Counted from the stretch's first letter, positions 48,727-57,580 are shown. The stretch: DNA of 64,000 nt from an uncultured virus (IMG/VR IMGVR_UViG_3300037400_001705) (IMGVR_UViG_3300037400_001705); one strand, 5' to 3'. Notes: generated by a model from the sequence alone, not told the origin. Program-made: numbers and translations.

Positions 48727-48798
48727 CACAGAGCGACGGCAGTACGATTGTGCTGCCGGTAATGTGGCCATCCTTCGGGATGCTGGTTGCAAGCCCAG
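48727..48798 (+). ncRNA. twister ribozyme (P5-type permutation)
   Basis: CACA-GA-GCGA-[P1 hairpin]-G-T^AA-TGTG-GC-[P3 CATCC TTCG GGATG]-CTGG-TTGC-AA-GC-CCAG. Confidence 0.88.
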
Positions 48799-48799
48799 A

Positions 48800-49450
48800 C
48801 GAACAACATTCAAGCGGTTAGAGCGTATGCGGAGCCTGCGAAGTACGCAAGTACGATGAACAGAGAGAGCTGCAGCCGTTACGTAGACGAAACCGAGGTG
48901 AACGAGTTTCACGTAGGGGAGTAGTTGAGCCGACCTGGAAAGATGGTGCAAGGGCTACGTTTTAGGACGTCCCCAAGATGGCTTTGAACAATTTATATTA
49001 CATGATTGATTCTCGCAGTTGATTGCGAGTACGATATAGAGTTGGCTACCTATCTCGAGTACGACTGTAGAAATGCAGTACGATTTATCAGAGGATAATT
49101 CGTGGTGGTTCCCGTCGAAAGGTACGATAACACATTTAATCACTTTAGGATGAATCGGGCCGTGTACTTGTGGAGTACGATGACCCCACCGCTACAGACG
49201 AATTAGATGTTTGTCTGGACGGATGGTGGAATCTTGCGCCAAAGTACGATGAACGGCTGCAATGAAAGATATTACGAGGTGCGAGACCTCAGCATAAAGA
49301 ACGGCCTGACAGATGACCAAATCTGTCACATTCCCTCGGTTGGGGCAACGACGGCCTACATTGTTAGGAAAGTCCCAGGTGAACGAAAGACGATAAAGAA
49401 CGAAGAGGGAGAGACTACGGGAGAGAGTGGAATTACATCTACTCTCTCTT
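48800..49450 (+). ncRNA. candidate large structured ncRNA 1
   Basis: No convincing ORF; many hairpins and long-range complementarities. Confidence 0.6.
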
Positions 49451-49475
49451 ACTATTAACCAAATATTGTACGATT

Positions 49476-49706
49476 ATGAAAAGAAAGCATTTCAGAATGA
49501 TTGCAGGCATCATCCTGCATCCCGTGAGAATCCTCGTTGCACATTATTACCGCAACACGTATCAGAACGTCATCCGTCGCAACATTGCCGAACGTTGGCA
49601 TTGGAAGAACTACGACAGGATGCACCACATGAGCGAGGTTACAGGTACGGCCTACACGAAGAGCGACCTTTACGGCAAGCTCATGGAAGAAACCTGCATC
49701 TATTAG
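49476..49706 (+). CDS. hypothetical protein
   Basis: ORF bounded by repeat elements. Confidence 0.75.
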   Translation: MKRKHFRMIAGIILHPVRILVAHYYRNTYQNVIRRNIAERWHWKNYDRMHHMSEVTGTAYTKSDLYGKLMEETCIY

Positions 49707-49756
49707 CCTCTCGCAGCCTTGAACGGCTGCACCACTAACCGAAAAAAGCAACAATT

Positions 49757-49954
49757 ATGAAGAAATTCCTACAAATCTCAAAGAATGTTTTGAGTATGAG
49801 TGTTATTGTACTCATCAGTTTGGCAATCTGCTCCATTGTGGCATTGGCCATCCTCTACGTGTTCGGTATCAATAATACGACGCTTCGGGCTGGTGCCTGC
49901 ATCGTATTCTTTGGCACTATCATCGTGGCCCTTATGTTGGGCGCGTTCGATTAA
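49757..49954 (+). CDS. small two-TM membrane protein
   Basis: Two hydrophobic helices. Confidence 0.7.
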   Translation: MKKFLQISKNVLSMSVIVLISLAICSIVALAILYVFGINNTTLRAGACIVFFGTIIVALMLGAFD

Positions 49955-50024
49955 CGGTCTTACGGATTTTTGTGGCGAAAATGCTGCAAAAATCGCTCAT
50001 GTTTCACCAAATAGAATGAACGAT

Positions 50025-50303
50025 ATGGATAAGTTAAAGAAATTGCAGATGTTAGCCCGTGTTCTCAGAGAGCACCGCGGCTACAAAGGTAACAAAGAGT
50101 CAGACCATTCCAACAGGTTTGACTTCAAGTTTGACAAGAAGGGCGACATTTGTGGGCCGTACATAGACATCTATAATGCCGAGAAGGGTGCAAATCTCTT
50201 CCTGTGGCCTGATTTTATCGAGCTGTGTCACGGCTTGGGTCTGTCTCATTACATTACCTATGACCAATTTGACCTCAAAGAGGTGGTGCTACACATCTAC
50301 TAA
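50025..50303 (+). CDS. hypothetical protein
   Basis: MDKLKKLQML...; bounded by elements. Confidence 0.7.
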   Translation: MDKLKKLQMLARVLREHRGYKGNKESDHSNRFDFKFDKKGDICGPYIDIYNAEKGANLFLWPDFIELCHGLGLSHYITYDQFDLKEVVLHIY

Positions 50304-50358
50304 GTCTCTCGGCTCCTGATGGAGCCACATATTTTTCACCAATTTAAAAAACGAACGT

Positions 50359-50613
50359 ATGAAGAACAAAGTTTTAAGAACAACGGCAATTTTCCGTTGC
50401 ATCGTGACGCTCAAGAACGGAGCGCATCGCATTGTAAGGACAACGATTGACAATGTAGCCAAGTTGAATGCTGCACTTTTGCAGTACCGCGACTTTGGTC
50501 TGCTTAACAATCGCTATTCAGATTTCATGAAAGAGCTGGGCCTGGCTGCCTACGATGTTCTGTCCTGCAAGGTCATCAACGAACGGACAGGACAAGAATT
50601 GATGACGATTTAG
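50359..50613 (+). CDS. hypothetical protein
   Basis: ORF bounded by elements. Confidence 0.75.
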   Translation: MKNKVLRTTAIFRCIVTLKNGAHRIVRTTIDNVAKLNAALLQYRDFGLLNNRYSDFMKELGLAAYDVLSCKVINERTGQELMTI

Positions 50614-50670
50614 CCTTTATAGGGTGGGGACGTTTTGCCGCCATCCTACCACAAACCAATAACTTTCACG

Positions 50671-50838
50671 ATGGTAATAAATAAAGTAATCCGCGATAAG
50701 AGCGGTTTTTGGTATGTTGGCAGACTTTTGACCGCAGATCCAGACGGCGTGCCCGTCTTTCAGCGCCTGTCAGAACTCTATTGCCACAAGGGATGGGCAT
50801 TGAATTTCGCCCGTCGTATGTGTATCAAGCTATCGTAG
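50671..50838 (+). CDS. hypothetical protein
   Basis: MVINKVIRDKSGFWYV... Confidence 0.65.
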   Translation: MVINKVIRDKSGFWYVGRLLTADPDGVPVFQRLSELYCHKGWALNFARRMCIKLS

Positions 50839-50911
50839 CCTTTTCGGCATGGGTGGGTTTTATTTCGTTCGTTCGCCTGCCTGTGCTGCTATTAACCAAA
50901 TCTTTATTGTT

Positions 50912-51337
50912 ATGTTAAAATCAGAATTTTATGACAGAACGCACGTATCTCTCTCGGATGAAGAGTATGGTGCAGTAGAGAACATCTACAATCGTGTCCA
51001 GATGGACAAAGACGAGTTTTGCAGACTGTGGCTTGACAATCGCGACAACAAAATCATCAACGAGCTTGTGTCGTATGCCATGGGTGTCGAGAAAGCGAAT
51101 GCCGCATTAGACAAAGTAAGCAAAGAGCTGGAAGAGAAGTTGGCTGGAGAGTTAGCAGAGAGACAGAAGCACCTGCTGGACTTTGGCCGCAAGGTTGTTT
51201 CCTATCTTGACGACGAATCACGGCTCTACGACTTTTGTGTAGAAGAGTTCGGTCAGAACTTTGTCATCAAGGTCAAGCTGGAGTGTAACATCGACCTTGA
51301 CACCAACGAACGCGAGTATCTTGCAAAGATGCTGTAG
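50912..51337 (+). CDS. hypothetical protein
   Basis: MLKSEFYDRT...MDKDEFC. Confidence 0.8.
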   Translation: MLKSEFYDRTHVSLSDEEYGAVENIYNRVQMDKDEFCRLWLDNRDNKIINELVSYAMGVEKANAALDKVSKELEEKLAGELAERQKHLLDFGRKVVSYLDDESRLYDFCVEEFGQNFVIKVKLECNIDLDTNEREYLAKML

Positions 51338-51393
51338 TCTATTGAACTGGTAACAATTTGTCACCAGTTCACTATTCACCAACAATTTACAAT

Positions 51394-51609
51394 ATGAACA
51401 AAAAGAATTTATTCAAAAAACAGGCTAATGTTGCTGAATGTACCATCGTTTGGAAAGACTCTGGCGAGAAAGAAAATGTAATCATCAGCCTTGACGGCAG
51501 CGACAACGACGGCATTTTCTTTGTCTGCAATTCAGAGGAAGAGTTTGCTCAACTGACAGAAGATTCCAGCGGCGAAGATTTTGACATTGTTACATTCAAG
51601 ATTTTGTAA
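51394..51609 (+). CDS. hypothetical protein
   Basis: MNKKNLF...DDGIFF-like acidic domain. Confidence 0.7.
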   Translation: MNKKNLFKKQANVAECTIVWKDSGEKENVIISLDGSDNDGIFFVCNSEEEFAQLTEDSSGEDFDIVTFKIL

Positions 51610-51671
51610 GTCTCTCTATCATTTTCGTGACCTCACGAAAATGGTACATTATTCACCAAATATTATTACTT

Positions 51672-52046
51672 ATGAAGATTTTGATTGAGACACGCTCTCC
51701 AGAGAACAACAACCTCCTGCATCCTGTATATAAGCAGGTGATAGGAGAGAGAGAAATTCCGTGTGCTGACGTAAAGAAGATTGGCAACTGTTGGTATGCT
51801 ATCAATTATGGTGGCCACATCGTTACAGGCGTGGAACCTGAGCGTATCAAGGAAGTACGCACGAATAGCGGTCTACTTTTCAATGTACATTTCGACCACA
51901 CGGGTTATCTCCAAGGAAAGAAATTCTGTTGTGAGGCGTACAGAAATCCGAACAACGGCTACGGATCGTGTTATTGCACCCTTGACGGTATCATGGACTA
52001 CATTCACCAAGAGGAACGATTTGAAGCACGTCTCTCGCAGTCTTAG
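51672..52046 (+). CDS. hypothetical protein
   Basis: MKILIETR...; stop lies inside the hairpin of an element. Confidence 0.75.
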   Translation: MKILIETRSPENNNLLHPVYKQVIGEREIPCADVKKIGNCWYAINYGGHIVTGVEPERIKEVRTNSGLLFNVHFDHTGYLQGKKFCCEAYRNPNNGYGSCYCTLDGIMDYIHQEERFEARLSQS

Positions 52047-52076
52047 GACTGCACTATTCACCAAACATCAAAGAAT

Positions 52077-52313
52077 ATGGAGAAACTTTTGAGAAAACAG
52101 CTCCATCTTGTCGGCTCAGCTGGCACGTTGGAAAACCTTTGTGAGTACGCTAAGAAAAGACTTTACTGGTCGCAGTTCGAAACCTCTGAGAGTACACGCT
52201 ACGAATCCCGTATTGGTAAGGTGTACGATGTGAGTAGTTCTAACGGCCTTGTTTCTGATATGGTCATCATTCAGGGTAAAGTACGTTGTTCACTCTTTCG
52301 GATAGAGAAGTAA
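52077..52313 (+). CDS. hypothetical protein
   Basis: ORF. Confidence 0.7.
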   Translation: MEKLLRKQLHLVGSAGTLENLCEYAKKRLYWSQFETSESTRYESRIGKVYDVSSSNGLVSDMVIIQGKVRCSLFRIEK

Positions 52314-52316
52314 GCT

Positions 52317-52553
52317 ATGATGACGGCTTTCAGAAGCTCTCTTATATGGAGAGATACCGTTTCCTATGCGGTTAGCATCTTCTCTTTCATTATCCGTGGA
52401 GAGGGAGAAATGAGCGGACGAAAGTTTGCTGAACATATCCGTAATTATTGCGGATGCTCTGACGAAAAACAAAAGGTCATTCTTTCCGAGATTGAAAAGC
52501 ACATCGTGAGGATTGAGGCCACCTACAGAGGAACAAAGTATTACTGCGTATGA
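52317..52553 (+). CDS. hypothetical protein
   Basis: ORF. Confidence 0.6.
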   Translation: MMTAFRSSLIWRDTVSYAVSIFSFIIRGEGEMSGRKFAEHIRNYCGCSDEKQKVILSEIEKHIVRIEATYRGTKYYCV

Positions 52554-52708
52554 ATAACGGTAAAGTCAAGTGGCTCACGTTCACGGACAATCCCCAATGG
52601 GGTCGTTACTTCATTGGCGAGAGTGATTCTAAGGCAGAAGCCCACACCAAAGGAAAGGCGGCAAACAAAGGCCGCTACGTTGTTGAACGAAGAGTAAAGT
52701 TCAAGTAG
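52550..52708 (+). CDS. 52-aa hypothetical protein
   Basis: MNNGKVKWLTFTDNPQWGRYF...; ATGA coupling; stop is the TAG of an element. Confidence 0.6.
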   Translation: MNNGKVKWLTFTDNPQWGRYFIGESDSKAEAHTKGKAANKGRYVVERRVKFK

Positions 52709-52762
52709 TCTTTTGCGGCTCTTGCATGAGCCGCACAAACAACCCTTTAAAACTGAAAGAAT

Positions 52763-53650
52763 ATGGAAAGAAGAGAAAAAGTAAATGCAATCAGAAGTCT
52801 GGCTGTAAGTAGCGGACGGATGATTAGTATGGACCCCGAAAGCTGGGGCGAGCATCGCCTGAACGCTTTGGAATCTGAGCTGCAGGAGTTTCTTGCAAAA
52901 ATTCCCGAAGAGGTACGTGACGAGTACGAAGATAAGTACATCGGCAAATACAAAGAATGGCTCTATGCTATGAGCCGTTGTGTCTCTCAGATGGTGACGG
53001 GTGCAGGCGGTTGGACGTCTTCCATGCTTCGACGCAAGCAGAAGAACGACCAGTACGAGCGTAATGCCCGTGAACGTCTTGATAAGTGGGCCGAAAAGGT
53101 CATCAAGCGCTGCAATCGTCAAGAACGTCTGACCGGCTGGGCTGAGGTTGAACGCTTGCAGGAAAAACTCGACAGCCTTAAAGAATCCCAGGAGATGATG
53201 AAGGCTGCAAACAAGATTATCCGCAACAATAATCTTGCAGAGGTTGAAAAGGTTGACGAGTTGGTTTCCCTTGGCTTTAACGAACAAACTGCATTGAAGC
53301 TCATGGAGCCAGATTTCTGCGGACGAATCGGCTTTGCCTCTTACGCTTTGAGCAACAACCTTGCCACCATCAAGGACACGGAAGCCAAAATCAAGCGTCA
53401 TGCTGCAATGGCAGAGCGTGCGAGAGGTGGTGACGAGGTTCACGATTACCCTTGGGGAAAGCTGGTTGTTGCTTTCGGCGACGAACGCTACCGCTTCATC
53501 TTCGACGGAAAGCCAGCCCCGAACGTCATCAGCCTCATGAAGTCGAACGCTTTCAAGTGGAGCCCTTCAAACTCAGCGTGGCAGCGTCAGATTACCGCCA
53601 ACGCAAAGTATGCCGTGAAGCGTATGATTGAAGAGCTCAACAACATGTAG
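52763..53650 (+). CDS. DUF3560-like / polyvalent-protein-associated domain protein
   Basis: GFASYALSNN.ATIK; RFIFDGKP...LMKSNAFKWSPSNSAWQRQIT.NA. Confidence 0.7.
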   Translation: MERREKVNAIRSLAVSSGRMISMDPESWGEHRLNALESELQEFLAKIPEEVRDEYEDKYIGKYKEWLYAMSRCVSQMVTGAGGWTSSMLRRKQKNDQYERNARERLDKWAEKVIKRCNRQERLTGWAEVERLQEKLDSLKESQEMMKAANKIIRNNNLAEVEKVDELVSLGFNEQTALKLMEPDFCGRIGFASYALSNNLATIKDTEAKIKRHAAMAERARGGDEVHDYPWGKLVVAFGDERYRFIFDGKPAPNVISLMKSNAFKWSPSNSAWQRQITANAKYAVKRMIEELNNM

Positions 53651-53702
53651 CCTTTAGCCCGCCTTGCATGGTGGGTACCACAAACCAACAAATATTTGAA
53701 TT

Positions 53703-54017
53703 ATGAGAGTAACATTAGCACGGAATTGTGGCAACAATATTGTTGAACACATTATCTTTGACGACCCTTACAGGGCACAAAATTTCTACGGGACATATTG
53801 CGGCAAGGTAGCTGGCGTCGTGAAGTGCGAAAGCATCTACACTATCGGTGCAGGCGAACACAAAGAAGAAAACTGCTTCAACTGCCCGCTGCATCACTGC
53901 TGCCTATGCGAGAACCGCAAGTTCACAGACGAGAACGGCACGAAGTTCTACGTATCTGTGTGGGACACCACAAAGAAAAGCAACGAACAGAATGCTATCA
54001 AGAAACTCGAATTTTAA
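53703..54017 (+). CDS. Cys-rich hypothetical protein
   Basis: ORF. Confidence 0.7.
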   Translation: MRVTLARNCGNNIVEHIIFDDPYRAQNFYGTYCGKVAGVVKCESIYTIGAGEHKEENCFNCPLHHCCLCENRKFTDENGTKFYVSVWDTTKKSNEQNAIKKLEF

Positions 54018-54085
54018 GAGTAGTCTTTCACTATTTCGTTGACTCCGACGAAATAGTACTATTAACCAATAAAGCAAAAAAAACT

Positions 54086-54259
54086 ATGGAAGAAAAGACA
54101 ATTAAAGTAGAGGGCGAAATAACCCTCAACCTGCACGGAGGAAGCCTATGCACGGCCCTGCTGCGCATCAATGGCGAACAAAAGTATTTTACCTCCCAGC
54201 TGGGTAGCTCTGATCTCATGCAGAAAATCGGTAAACATATCCAAACTCATAGCGTATGA
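54086..54259 (+). CDS. hypothetical protein
   Basis: MEEKTIKVEGE... Confidence 0.6.
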   Translation: MEEKTIKVEGEITLNLHGGSLCTALLRINGEQKYFTSQLGSSDLMQKIGKHIQTHSV

Positions 54260-54543
54260 AGATTGAATTATTTACAGGAGCGAAGACAATCCAAGTAGAT
54301 TGTTTTGCCTGCGAAGAAAAGACGAGGTATCGCATTGCGGCTTATTATGGTGGTGTGTATATCAAAACGCTCTACACCTGCAACAGTGAGATAGAACGTC
54401 ACGAAATGATTTGCAACTACATGAGCCAAACGCACAATGCAGGATGCAAAAACTCTTCTCTTTACGTACGTATTGGCAGTGGCCTTTGCTTCTTCTATTG
54501 CGATGGCCTGATGATTATGGAAGAAGAAATCTATGACGTCTAA
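54256..54543 (+). CDS. hypothetical protein
   Basis: ATGA coupling. Confidence 0.65.
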   Translation: MKIELFTGAKTIQVDCFACEEKTRYRIAAYYGGVYIKTLYTCNSEIERHEMICNYMSQTHNAGCKNSSLYVRIGSGLCFFYCDGLMIMEEEIYDV

Positions 54544-54554
54544 AACATGCTGAT

Positions 54555-54884
54555 ATGAATATAAGTTATTATCTCTATCTCTCAACGGCAAACTGTCAGG
54601 AATCTCACTCTCTTAGAATCTGCTCGGATGCAAATTTGACAGTCATTCGTGATGCCATTTCAAACATTATACGTGCCATGTTTGAAAGACGGCCGCATTG
54701 GTATTCCGAGGAATACGTCAACTGTCAAGCTGACGAAATGACCATGCTGTTTGCTGACCTTCTGAAAGATGGCTCGCCCATCACTAAACGCAAATATCCA
54801 TTCTATCATCTTGGCTTTATCATCACAAATTATCCAATGTGGCCAGACAACAACGGTGGGTATCTGAGCGACTTTCATGTATAA
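54555..54884 (+). CDS. hypothetical protein
   Basis: ORF. Confidence 0.7.
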   Translation: MNISYYLYLSTANCQESHSLRICSDANLTVIRDAISNIIRAMFERRPHWYSEEYVNCQADEMTMLFADLLKDGSPITKRKYPFYHLGFIITNYPMWPDNNGGYLSDFHV

Positions 54885-54946
54885 GTCTCACACCATTTCG
54901 CTGACACCAACGAAATGGTACACTTTAACCCTAAAAACAAAAGAGT

Positions 54947-55129
54947 ATGACAAAAACAATCTTTATGAAAGTCCGCGTCGATTACGATGATGACGGACGT
55001 TACGGCTCATACGAGGCCGACAGCATGGTTGCCGACATGGTTGTAGAGCGTGCGCAGGCACACAACCACACCGTAGAGAACGGCATACGCATTGAGAAAA
55101 TCACTAATCATGGGATAGATAGTTATTAA
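54947..55129 (+). CDS. hypothetical protein
   Basis: ORF. Confidence 0.65.
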   Translation: MTKTIFMKVRVDYDDDGRYGSYEADSMVADMVVERAQAHNHTVENGIRIEKITNHGIDSY

Positions 55130-55148
55130 CCCTTAAACTTATGGGAAT

Positions 55149-55484
55149 ATGGAAAACAATGCAGTAAACAAGGACGCTCAGCGCATCCATGAAATTACGG
55201 GCCGACCAATGGCCGAGTGTGAAGAGCAGGCAAAGCAGATTGCCGAGTGTGTACGTGAAATGTGTGACCGTGTGGTGGAGTTCTACTATCTTAAGAAAGA
55301 CGGCACTACACGGCAGGCTTTCGGTACGCTTCAGCAGGAAGTTGTGATTGCTCATGTGACAGCTGACTCCATGAGAGAGCCAAAGCCTGACCTCGTAACG
55401 TATTTCGATACTGAGGCGCAGGCATGGCGTTCTTTCAAGAAAGTCAACTTCAAGAACTACGTTAAGCAGGAGCCACAAGCATGA
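55149..55484 (+). CDS. WYL-like SH3 beta-barrel protein (DUF2693-like)
   Basis: VEFYYLKKDGTTRQAFGTL...TYFDTEAQAWRSFK. Confidence 0.8.
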   Translation: MENNAVNKDAQRIHEITGRPMAECEEQAKQIAECVREMCDRVVEFYYLKKDGTTRQAFGTLQQEVVIAHVTADSMREPKPDLVTYFDTEAQAWRSFKKVNFKNYVKQEPQA

Positions 55485-55618
55485 CGGATTTAGCCAAAAT
55501 CCTGTGGTGGATTTTTATCGCTTCTCTCACGCTTGGCGTCTGGACACTACCAATCGTAGTGGTTCTCGTCATCATCCAAATGTATCTCAAAAAGAAGCAC
55601 CCGAATTGGTGCAAGTAA
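55481..55618 (+). CDS. small membrane peptide
   Basis: MTDLAKILWWIFIASLTLGVWTLPIVVVLVIIQMYLKKKHPNWCK. Confidence 0.6.
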   Translation: MTDLAKILWWIFIASLTLGVWTLPIVVVLVIIQMYLKKKHPNWCK

Positions 55619-55681
55619 AGTCTTAAGCCGTGCAAAGGACACGGCACTATTTATTGTCTAACCGTTTAAATAGTAAGAATT

Positions 55682-56590
55682 ATGAAGAAAGAAAAGAATG
55701 CCTACACCGTAGAGAATGCGAAAGTTCCAGTAGTACGCTACGACTATTACAAGCGTGAAACAAAAGGCTATCTGCATATCGACGGCGGGCTGGTCTACGT
55801 CACCGTCACGGCTATCTGCATCAACTTCAAGAAGCAGCAGATCACGACGGTTCTCACGGACAAGAACGGCAAGGAGTACAAGCAGGAGGGCACATACAAC
55901 CTCTATGATTCTCCTTCGAAGTTCGAGAATAACAGCCCCATGGAGCCGACAAAGAACTTCACGTACAATCTCATTAAGAACGCTGACTGGGGCAGGCTTG
56001 CCGAGTGTGCAGTATCCAACATCGACGAAGAGGATGGCAAGAAATCTTGCTACATCAACGTCTGGACGTTCGAGAACGGAGCAGCCCAACAGGTTCCAGC
56101 CGTCATCAACGAAATTTCCTGCGACGCTTACGAGAAGTGGCACCTAACGGATGGCTCGCTGCCCGCCAAGTTTTGGGAGAGCCGAGAAGATGCCTTTGCC
56201 TGCAACGAGTACCAGGTTACCGACAGCGACGGCGAGGTGTTTGTGGAGCAGGGCTACCAGATGCGCCTTCTCCCAACTCCTGCCCAGTGGGTCATCATCA
56301 AGCAGATGAGAGCACTCTTCGAGAAAGCCAAGGAAGCAGGACTTTACTTCGTTTGGGACAGAGCGTATTGCGGCAATCTCAAGGCTGTAAACTATCAGAA
56401 CGTCTACACCTTCGATTACGACGCTGAGAATTTCGAGGGTGGAGACCTCATCCCTGTCAATAAGGCTGCGCTTGCTGACACTGGCATCGACTTCTATGAC
56501 TATTGTGGCGACGAGAGTGACAGGTATGCGTTTGCCCTCAATCCCATGGCACGTCAGAAAAAGGAATGGCTTAAGAACCATGCCAAGTAA
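55682..56590 (+). CDS. hypothetical protein
   Basis: ORF of 302 aa. Confidence 0.85.
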   Translation: MKKEKNAYTVENAKVPVVRYDYYKRETKGYLHIDGGLVYVTVTAICINFKKQQITTVLTDKNGKEYKQEGTYNLYDSPSKFENNSPMEPTKNFTYNLIKNADWGRLAECAVSNIDEEDGKKSCYINVWTFENGAAQQVPAVINEISCDAYEKWHLTDGSLPAKFWESREDAFACNEYQVTDSDGEVFVEQGYQMRLLPTPAQWVIIKQMRALFEKAKEAGLYFVWDRAYCGNLKAVNYQNVYTFDYDAENFEGGDLIPVNKAALADTGIDFYDYCGDESDRYAFALNPMARQKKEWLKNHAK

Positions 56591-56647
56591 GTCTCTAAGG
56601 TGGCCTTGCATGGCCACCACAATTATTAACCAATAAATTGTAAGAGT

Positions 56648-57061
56648 ATGAATATTTCAATTAAACCAAATGATTACGTTCGGCCAACGGAGGTGCGTGA
56701 CGAAGTTGTGAAAAAAGTCTGCAATCATATTGTTTCGTATTTAGACAGACTTGAAGTTGACATGGAGATTAGTTTGCAAGGTGCGCATCCTGCTTTATTC
56801 TTTGGAGAAAAGGATGAGGACATGACACACTACAAGAATATGGCAAAAACTGTGCTCTCCACAGAAGAAAATTATATGAACGTGTACTATTACACACGGG
56901 TAAGAGGTTGCGAAATGCGCAAGGTTTTCAAACTGCTGCAAGAAGCTGGCTACTACATCTACTCTCTTAACGAAATGGGGTGGAGTTACGCTATTTCCAA
57001 GTACCCATACCGCAATATGTACAAAGCTGAGCGTGTAGAGTTTAAGTCATTTATTGATTAG
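56648..57061 (+). CDS. hypothetical protein
   Basis: ORF of 137 aa. Confidence 0.8.
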   Translation: MNISIKPNDYVRPTEVRDEVVKKVCNHIVSYLDRLEVDMEISLQGAHPALFFGEKDEDMTHYKNMAKTVLSTEENYMNVYYYTRVRGCEMRKVFKLLQEAGYYIYSLNEMGWSYAISKYPYRNMYKAERVEFKSFID

Positions 57062-57099
57062 TCTTTCTCCCTGCTTGCAAGCAGGGAACAACAAACCAA

Positions 57100-57580
57100 G
57101 TTTTGTTCGCTACGAGCAATCTCACGGCTCGCAGTTGCCATCAGTGAGTGACAGATGGAAAGACCTCCGTCCAGCTCTCCACTATCCGCCGGACGTAAAA
57201 TAAAGGTAGTGCGGTTCTGTGACACAACAAAGTACACGATGTGCGGCAGACGGCTCAGGAAAAGAGGCATAAAACCCGTCGAAACCACTTAGGGACGTAA
57301 AGGCAGTGGGGGTATGCAACCACCAAGAGAGTAACATCGGCTGACGAAGGAAAAGCAGGGTGCTCCTGAGACCATAGAGATGGATAGCGTTAGACCACAA
57401 CTGCGCGAACAACAACTAAAGGCTACCGACGCAGGTATAGTCGTAAAAGAATCCCGCAACCACCGAGCGTAAAAGGCCGACAGACCATAACTGCGGAAAT
57501 CAAAGGCTACCGTTGGACGATAACGCAAAGCGTAAGCCATGGAAAAACTCTTCACGAAATTTCGTGTTGGAATTGGCAAA
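57100..57580 (+). ncRNA. candidate large structured ncRNA 2
   Basis: No plus-strand ORF; hairpins, long-range pairings and internal repeats; bounded by two elements. Confidence 0.55.

Noticed and set aside
48820..48860. Group II intron domain V look-alike (GAGCGTATGCG...CGCAAGTACG)
   Set aside because: Lower stem with the catalytic triad does not pair; no domain VI or maturase
49365..49376. AGGAAAGTCC resembling the RNase P RNA conserved region I
   Set aside because: Other RNase P conserved regions not found; wrong position in the RNA
49207..49458. 83-aa ORF inside ncRNA 1
   Set aside because: No A-rich leader, overlaps strongly paired segments; not fully excluded
49405..49460. Canonical group I intron core (GAGACTA as R element)
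   Set aside because: No adjacent J8/7-S element or recognisable P4/P6; kept only as a remark in the anti-box finding
57341..57360. Second hammerhead at CTGACGA
   Set aside because: No stem II followed by GAAA and no stem III with a UH triplet
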